A program made the translations under genes and the position numbers. A stretch of 64,000 nucleotides of DNA from an uncultured Candidatus Bathyarchaeia archaeon (GTDB lineage: Archaea > Thermoproteota > Bathyarchaeia > 40CM-2-53-6), in assembly GCA_964598845.1 (NCBI GenBank), contig CAZRDM010000005.1, forward strand, positions 32,765 to 96,764, in the 5' to 3' direction. A model generated the notes under the pieces. That model did no database searches. It was not told the DNA's origin and was given only the letters and a program-made list of their open reading frames with translations. The stretch's first letter is position 1; the number at the start of each line of letters is the position of its first letter. Below, one piece after another: positions 58,894 through 64,000 of the stretch.

Positions 58894-60438
58894 CTATACT
58901 CTCTCAGGCCCTTCGCTAGGAAGCAGTATATCGTGTGGTCTTGCTTCTTCAACGCCTGACGGGCTCAGAGCAGCCAGTCGAGCCTTCCGCCAAAGTTCTT
59001 CAACATTGCGAGCCCCCGCATAACCCATGGATGCTCTCAGCCCTGAAACCAGCTCATCCAAGACAATATTGGCCTCACCCTTGTAGGGAACCCAACCTTC
59101 CACGCCTTCAGTCACACCCTTCGCCGGCATGCTATACCGGTCCAGTGAGTATCGCTTACTCCTAGCCGAGGCGCTTCCCATTCCTCTGTACTGTTTGTAA
59201 TATCGCCCTCCGATAGTGATCAAAGTGCCGGGCGACTCTCTGCAACGTGCAAGTAGGTTTCCAATCATGACTGCTGAGGCCCCAGCAGCCAACGCGATCG
59301 CCACGTCTCCTGGTGTTCTTATTCCTCCATCCGCAATTATGGGGATGTAAGCACCATACTTTGCAGCTGCTTCGGCCACCTGAGCCGTGGCGAATAAGGT
59401 CGGGGAACCAGCTTTCATCATCTCGGTTGTGGTGCATATCGAACCCGAGCCGATACCTACTCTGAGGCCGCTAACTCCATCGAGCTCCGTAAACACGTCC
59501 TCAGCAGCCTCGTAAGTTCCGATGTTGCCCACAACGAGTTCCGACGAAACCTCTGACATCAGTTTCTTTGTGGCTTGGAAGACGTTGGCGTTGTGGAAGT
59601 GGGCGACATCTATAACTAGAATATCTGCGTACTCGTCGAGTTTCTTCGCTCGCTGCAAATCAAACGGCGACACAGCCGCGGCACAGAGCAGTTGTCCGTT
59701 TTCATCTCTCGCCGCGTCCGGATACTTACCTCTCAAGAGTATGTCTTTGAAAGTGATTAGACCTGTAAGTTCTCCAGCCTTGTTCACTATAGGCAGCTTC
59801 TCGATTTTATGATCGCGAAGAAGTCTCTGTGCATCCTCGATACCGATTCCTTCCTCTGCCCTCACCACATTCTTGGTCATAACCTGATTGACGAGGAGAC
59901 TCGGTTGTGCAAATCGTACGTCTCGACCCGTAACGATTCCAACAAGTCTAGTGTTCTCGACAACCGGAAGGCCCGAGATGTTATGTTTCTCCATCAGTGC
60001 TATCGCCTGCCCAACCATGTCGGTGGGAGTTACAGTCACGACATCGCGAATGATCAACGCCTCGGCCCTTTTGACACGCTTAGTCATCTCAACTTGTTCT
60101 TCGACTGAACAGTTTCGATGAATTACACCTAATCCACCTTGCCTAGCGATTGCAATAGCCATCTCGCTTTCAGTGACAGTGTCCATCGGAGAGGAGACGA
60201 ATGGGATGTTCAGATGATGCCTCTTCGTGACGCGTGTTCTAACGTCCACCTCGCTAGGCTCAACCTCGGCTCGGCCTGGAAGTATGACAACATCCCGGAA
60301 AGTGAGAGCGATCTGTATTGCCCTAAACTTCTCCAGAAACGAGTACCTTGTTGGCTCTTCAGCTTTCAATCCTGAACCGGCAAAGTGTGAGATGACGATG
60401 TCGCAATTTAAGCTAGTTCCGGAAAGGAACGGGGTCAC
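58894..60438 (-). CDS. guaB: inosine-5'-monophosphate dehydrogenase
   Basis: IMPDH barrel with a tandem CBS insertion and the catalytic loop GIGSGSICTT. The N-terminal about 35 aa is probably an ORF-caller extension. Confidence 0.9.
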   Translation of the reverse strand: MTPFLSGTSLNCDIVISHFAGSGLKAEEPTRYSFLEKFRAIQIALTFRDVVILPGRAEVEPSEVDVRTRVTKRHHLNIPFVSSPMDTVTESEMAIAIARQGGLGVIHRNCSVEEQVEMTKRVKRAEALIIRDVVTVTPTDMVGQAIALMEKHNISGLPVVENTRLVGIVTGRDVRFAQPSLLVNQVMTKNVVRAEEGIGIEDAQRLLRDHKIEKLPIVNKAGELTGLITFKDILLRGKYPDAARDENGQLLCAAAVSPFDLQRAKKLDEYADILVIDVAHFHNANVFQATKKLMSEVSSELVVGNIGTYEAAEDVFTELDGVSGLRVGIGSGSICTTTEMMKAGSPTLFATAQVAEAAAKYGAYIPIIADGGIRTPGDVAIALAAGASAVMIGNLLARCRESPGTLITIGGRYYKQYRGMGSASARSKRYSLDRYSMPAKGVTEGVEGWVPYKGEANIVLDELVSGLRASMGYAGARNVEELWRKARLAALSPSGVEEARPHDILLPSEGPERV

Positions 60439-61208
60439 ATCTCTATCGTGGTCATGTCCTTACCAAGGATGACCTGACTTCCGTACCCCTGCTGTGCTTC
60501 CTCGCTGAATTCCTTCTCCCTGTGCTCATTCGGAGGCGGAATGTGAAAGAGCACCAGCTTCTCTGCATTGGCTTCCTTTGCCGCTTGACCGGCCATTCTA
60601 GCGGTTGAATGGGAGGTTACCTCTGCCGTGGCGAGTTGATCTTCAAGAAAAGTAGCTTCATGCATGAGGAGGTCGACATTGTGACCGAGTTCTATAACCG
60701 CAGGGCAATAGATTGTATCTGCGCTGTAACAGAACGATCTTCCGTCCATATCGATTCTGAACGCCAGAGTAGGAATGGAGTGAGAAGTTCTACAAGTGCG
60801 AATGCTACTAACCTTCCTCCCAAAATCGATTTCGGAAATCGTCAGCGGGAATTTGAAGAAGTCTTCAGGCGTACGGGTGCATTCTAGTAGGTTTCGCACG
60901 ATCTCTTTGAAACCTGGAGGACCGTAGACCTTGAGGGGACTTCGTCGTCCATCTATCTGGACTGCCCACAGGAATGGGATAAGATCTGAGACATGGTCAG
61001 CATGCGTGTGTGATATGAAAACCACAGCTAGTCCTTCCAATTGCAGATCGGATCTTCTGAGATTTCTAAGCGCCCCGGGGCCCATGTCAAATACTATGGA
61101 GTCATTGACTACAATGCAAGGGCATGCTCGCTTTGCACTTACCGCTGATCCACCCGACCCTATCAATGATACCTTCAAAGGGCATTCTATCCCCGTTCTT
61201 TCGTCCAC
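60435..61208 (-). CDS. MBL-fold metallo-hydrolase
   Basis: HxHxDH motif (SHTHADHVSD); about 257 aa. Confidence 0.7.
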   Translation of the reverse strand: MDERTGIECPLKVSLIGSGGSAVSAKRACPCIVVNDSIVFDMGPGALRNLRRSDLQLEGLAVVFISHTHADHVSDLIPFLWAVQIDGRRSPLKVYGPPGFKEIVRNLLECTRTPEDFFKFPLTISEIDFGRKVSSIRTCRTSHSIPTLAFRIDMDGRSFCYSADTIYCPAVIELGHNVDLLMHEATFLEDQLATAEVTSHSTARMAGQAAKEANAEKLVLFHIPPPNEHREKEFSEEAQQGYGSQVILGKDMTTIEM

Positions 61209-61242
61209 CTCAGTTTCGGGATGACCTCATCTCTGGAGGCCT

Positions 61243-61587
61243 CTAGCGGTATTCTTCTTCACACGACCCAGCTCCAATACCTAGGATTAGTCGTCCGCGG
61301 CTGATCAAGTCGATGGTGGCGGCCATCTTGGCCAGTAGAGAGGGGTGCCGGTAGGAGACAGAAGTGACAATCGTTCCTATTTTCACATTCTTCGCTAACG
61401 TAGCTAGCGCCGAGAATGTGGTCCAAGCTTCAAGGCAGGGCGCCTGGTCGTCGCCCAGAGCATAGAAATGGTCATACAACCAGGCTGAGTCATATCCAAG
61501 CTCGTCGGCTGCTGTCCACACTTTTTTCAAGTCATCGTAAGAGTATCCGCCTTGACCTGTTTTCACTCCGAATTCGACCGCCAACAA
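61243..61587 (-). pseudogene. truncated LLM-class F420-dependent oxidoreductase (N-terminal about 114 aa only)
   Basis: The N-terminal LLM motifs (EFGV..., YDSAWLYDHF, GIGAG) end at a stop codon about 200 aa short of family length; the MBL gene starts 35 nt downstream. Confidence 0.5.
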
Positions 61588-61732
61588 AGCTCCATCCTCA
61601 TCAGAATACTGAGGAGATGCGCTACATTTGAAGTGCTATCGATTCAGTTCAAATCTTCCTCTAAACAGGGAAGTGCGATAAGCACATATACCGCACCTCA
61701 ATCGTTGACTGATTCCGAACACACACTCGCTA

Positions 61733-62179
61733 GTGATTAGTTTGCGTCAAGGTGCCGCCGGACTCCTCGCAGCTAGGAAGGCCATGAAGGAACGTAGACG
61801 ATCTAGATGGCAGTATAGACCATACAAGCGTCGGATGCTGGGATTGGACTATAAGGCTGACCCCTTGCAGGGTGCACCGCAGGGGCGGGGCATAGTTCTC
61901 GAGAAAGTCGGTGTGGAATCTAGGCAGCCGAACAGTGCAGTTCGCAAGGCGGTCCGTGTTCAATTGATCAAGAACGGTAAAGTCATTACGGCATTCGTTC
62001 CGGGCGACGGTGCCCTCAACTTTATCGACGAACATGACGAGGTTCTAATCGAGGGCATCGGCGGTGCTGAAGGCAAGGCTATGGGCGATATTCCCGGCAT
62101 AAGGTACAAGGTCTACGCCATAAATGCGGTTTCGCTTGACGCATTAATGAAAGGGAAGAAAGAGAAGCCCAGACGGTAG
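61733..62179 (+). CDS. rpsL: 30S ribosomal protein S12 (uS12)
   Basis: Strong match to archaeal S12 ([55 protein letters not shown]). Confidence 0.9.
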   Translation: MISLRQGAAGLLAARKAMKERRRSRWQYRPYKRRMLGLDYKADPLQGAPQGRGIVLEKVGVESRQPNSAVRKAVRVQLIKNGKVITAFVPGDGALNFIDEHDEVLIEGIGGAEGKAMGDIPGIRYKVYAINAVSLDALMKGKKEKPRR

Positions 62180-62191
62180 TTTCTCATCGTA

Positions 62192-63253
62192 TCACTTGCA
62201 GTCGCTCACGCCACTACTGCCAGTATCTATGAAACCTAGTCGCTCAGCCAACCGTATCGCTGCAAATGCTCCAGCCGCACCGAAGCTCAGGACCGTTCCG
62301 ACCGATGCTACGATTAGAAGCGGAGCAAACAGGCTTGTCTCGGCCGCTCCTAATGCTCCCAAGCAAGCGACGCCGCTCACTAATGTTATGCGCCAAACCA
62401 GATTGCTGGAGAATCGTTTACATGGCTTCAGCACCTTCAATACCAAGGTCGCAAGAGGTCCGAAATAGACGAGCCCTATTCCCAGCGACGCGAAGATTCC
62501 TGAAAGGGTCACAGCCAGTTCTTCATTGAAGGAGAAAATGGTGAACACATTGCTGGCCAAGTGTAGGATACCGATCAACGGGTAAAGTGTCATCTTCGTC
62601 AAGGATCTGATATGTCTGTGTAAGGCTATGAAGGATGCAACCTGCGGGCTGAAGCTATAATAGAAGGTGTTGAACGCTTGCATGAAACTTCTTCCCGCGA
62701 GGGTTCTAAGAACTTCGGAGTCTCTGAAGAAGCGTAAGAAGGCAACTTCGGGGGACAGCTCTGAGCCGTAGGTTGCAGTTGCGATGAAACATTTGCTAGG
62801 CGGGGGCTTCGTTGTCTGGGATGAAGTTGATGTGGATAGCGTGACTGAAGTAGTTGTCTGGGCTAGTACCGTGAACGTCGTTTGCGCTTGGGCATTGTTG
62901 TATCCAGGTTTGCTAGCTGAAACGAACACCGTGTACGTTCCTGCGCTGGAGCTAGGGGGTAAGATCAGAGAATCCGCATAGTAGCCCGTTTGATCAGGGT
63001 ACTCAAGTTGAACGAGCAGAGGTTGGTTTTGTGGGTTGTTAACCTGAAGTGATACTGTCGCCCCTTGAACTGGATTGTTATGGCTATCAAGAACTCTACC
63101 AGAAATCAAGACGCTCTCACCGGGCAAATATTGCTGCTTGTTTGTGGAAACGGTGACTGAAAGGGAGCCTTGGGATGAAACGAGGGGTAGTGTTATCAGA
63201 ACACCCGCAAGGATCGCAGCTACGAGTCTGCGTGAGAGAAACAGGAAGCCCAC
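62192..63253 (-). CDS. cell-surface/membrane protein (signal peptide, beta-sandwich domain, S/T-rich linker, CFIATATYGS motif, multi-TM C-terminal region)
   Basis: 353 aa with an N-terminal hydrophobic signal, a CARDB-like segment, a TSVTLSTSTSSQTTKPPPS linker, and then CFIATATYGSELS followed by about 170 aa of TM helices. Confidence 0.5.
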   Translation of the reverse strand: MGFLFLSRRLVAAILAGVLITLPLVSSQGSLSVTVSTNKQQYLPGESVLISGRVLDSHNNPVQGATVSLQVNNPQNQPLLVQLEYPDQTGYYADSLILPPSSSAGTYTVFVSASKPGYNNAQAQTTFTVLAQTTTSVTLSTSTSSQTTKPPPSKCFIATATYGSELSPEVAFLRFFRDSEVLRTLAGRSFMQAFNTFYYSFSPQVASFIALHRHIRSLTKMTLYPLIGILHLASNVFTIFSFNEELAVTLSGIFASLGIGLVYFGPLATLVLKVLKPCKRFSSNLVWRITLVSGVACLGALGAAETSLFAPLLIVASVGTVLSFGAAGAFAAIRLAERLGFIDTGSSGVSDCK

Positions 63254-63332
63254 CCTGGCTTTGATGCCGCCAGACCAAGGTGGGTGGGGTACAAATTAAG
63301 CTGTTCTCGTTTTCGGGGAGCTAGTTGAAGAC

Positions 63333-64000
63333 CTAGCCCGTTTCGAGAAGTTCAACGAGCTCATCGTCGGCGATTTCGCCGTTTACACCGTTCACTACAA
63401 CCTCGCGAGGAACAAGTCCCTTCTGGACACCTATTCGTATCAAAGGGACGTAGATGCGCTTCAGTTCTGACACCTCCAACCTATTGGTCAGAATCTGCTT
63501 GAATCGTTCGGGCATATGGACGACTCGTTCTCGGAATTTTTCGAGGATAGTTTCCTTAGAGATCTTTGACTCTATCACCCGGACCCTTGCACCTCGAACC
63601 TTCAATTCCGCGAGATCAAAGACTCTCTTAGTTCTCCAAGATGTGAGGGTTGATTCCTGATCAGCGGTTAACATTGCACCACCGCTCGTCATAGCCAGCT
63701 CGGACTCGGTTTTCTTTGCGGCGAGTTCGAGTATGTCACTGATGACGAAATACTTCGATTCGTTCGAAAGAAATGACGCCAGTTTTTGAAGGCGTTCAAC
63801 GATAGCGGCAGGAATGAAGCGACGATGTTTCCGTTCAAGTATCAAATCTCTAGTCTTGCCTTCAACTTCGACGCCAACAACATCATCTCTGAGGTTTACC
63901 CTGTAAGAGTTTGTTCGAAGATAGTAACATTCATGGAAGCCTTTCACCTTCCAGATCGGAACGTAGTCGACCATGGGTTCTACAGCAATCCTCAGGGCCT
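63333..64000 (-). CDS. hypothetical protein (frame remains open to the window edge, possibly 5'-truncated)
   Basis: ORF 63333..63974, with no in-frame stop between the first ATG and nt 64000. Confidence 0.35.
   Translation of the reverse strand, partial: ALRIAVEPMVDYVPIWKVKGFHECYYLRTNSYRVNLRDDVVGVEVEGKTRDLILERKHRRFIPAAIVERLQKLASFLSNESKYFVISDILELAAKKTESELAMTSGGAMLTADQESTLTSWRTKRVFDLAELKVRGARVRVIESKISKETILEKFRERVVHMPERFKQILTNRLEVSELKRIYVPLIRIGVQKGLVPREVVVNGVNGEIADDELVELLETG

Noticed and set aside
1-64000. CRISPR arrays, tRNA and rRNA genes
   Set aside because: I scanned the intergenic regions and saw no regularly spaced direct repeats. No cloverleaf-like tRNA hallmarks (GTTCGAATC-type T-arm) and no rRNA-like stretches were seen.

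Overview
The window looks like an archaeal chromosome segment with about 50% GC, tightly packed genes and many ATGA start/stop overlaps. TAG is used often as an ordinary stop codon. I found no rRNA, tRNA or CRISPR array.

Genes from left to right:
- An oligopeptide/dipeptide ABC transporter operon, with a 5'-truncated binding protein at the window edge, followed by a CocE/NonD peptidase.
- Two short-chain dehydrogenase/reductase (SDR) genes, an AlaX-type tRNA-editing protein, an MFS transporter, a DHQS-fold dehydrogenase, and gcvPA-gcvPB.
- Two MttB-superfamily methyltransferases, one paired with an MtrH-like methyl-H4MPT methyltransferase.
- Two tungsten-type aldehyde:ferredoxin oxidoreductases with MoaD-like and MobA genes.
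- A nearly complete H4MPT C1 module: fwdDBAC-mch operon, mtd/ftr divergent pair, mer, and mtrH-like.
- Several extra F420-type LLM oxidoreductases.
- A cofactor-biosynthesis cluster: a CitG-like gene, a CofE-like gene, a RimK/MptN/CofF-type ATP-grasp ligase, and two tandem paralogous nucleotidyltransferase-fold genes of unknown function.
- A free-standing LAGLIDADG endonuclease gene that sits between an Fe/Mn-SOD gene and a degraded duplicate of that gene's 3' end.
- A sufCBD-(Zn-ribbon)-sufS-sufU operon, nuoBCDI without membrane subunits, an HTH regulator with a Cys-rich tail, IMPDH, an MBL hydrolase, an orphan ribosomal protein S12 gene, and a cell-surface protein.

Notable oddities:
- An ornithine cyclodeaminase gene is interrupted by one in-frame TAG at a conserved Gln position.
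- A truncated LLM remnant.
- A three-member membrane-protein paralog family, one copy decayed, scattered through the C1/cofactor island.
- A shared TATGNCATA palindrome upstream of sufS, sufB and sufC.

The best candidate for an undescribed system is the CitG-like gene plus the tandem nucleotidyltransferase-fold pair, sitting next to the H4MPT/F420 tailoring ligases. The insertion footprint around the LAGLIDADG gene in sod comes second.
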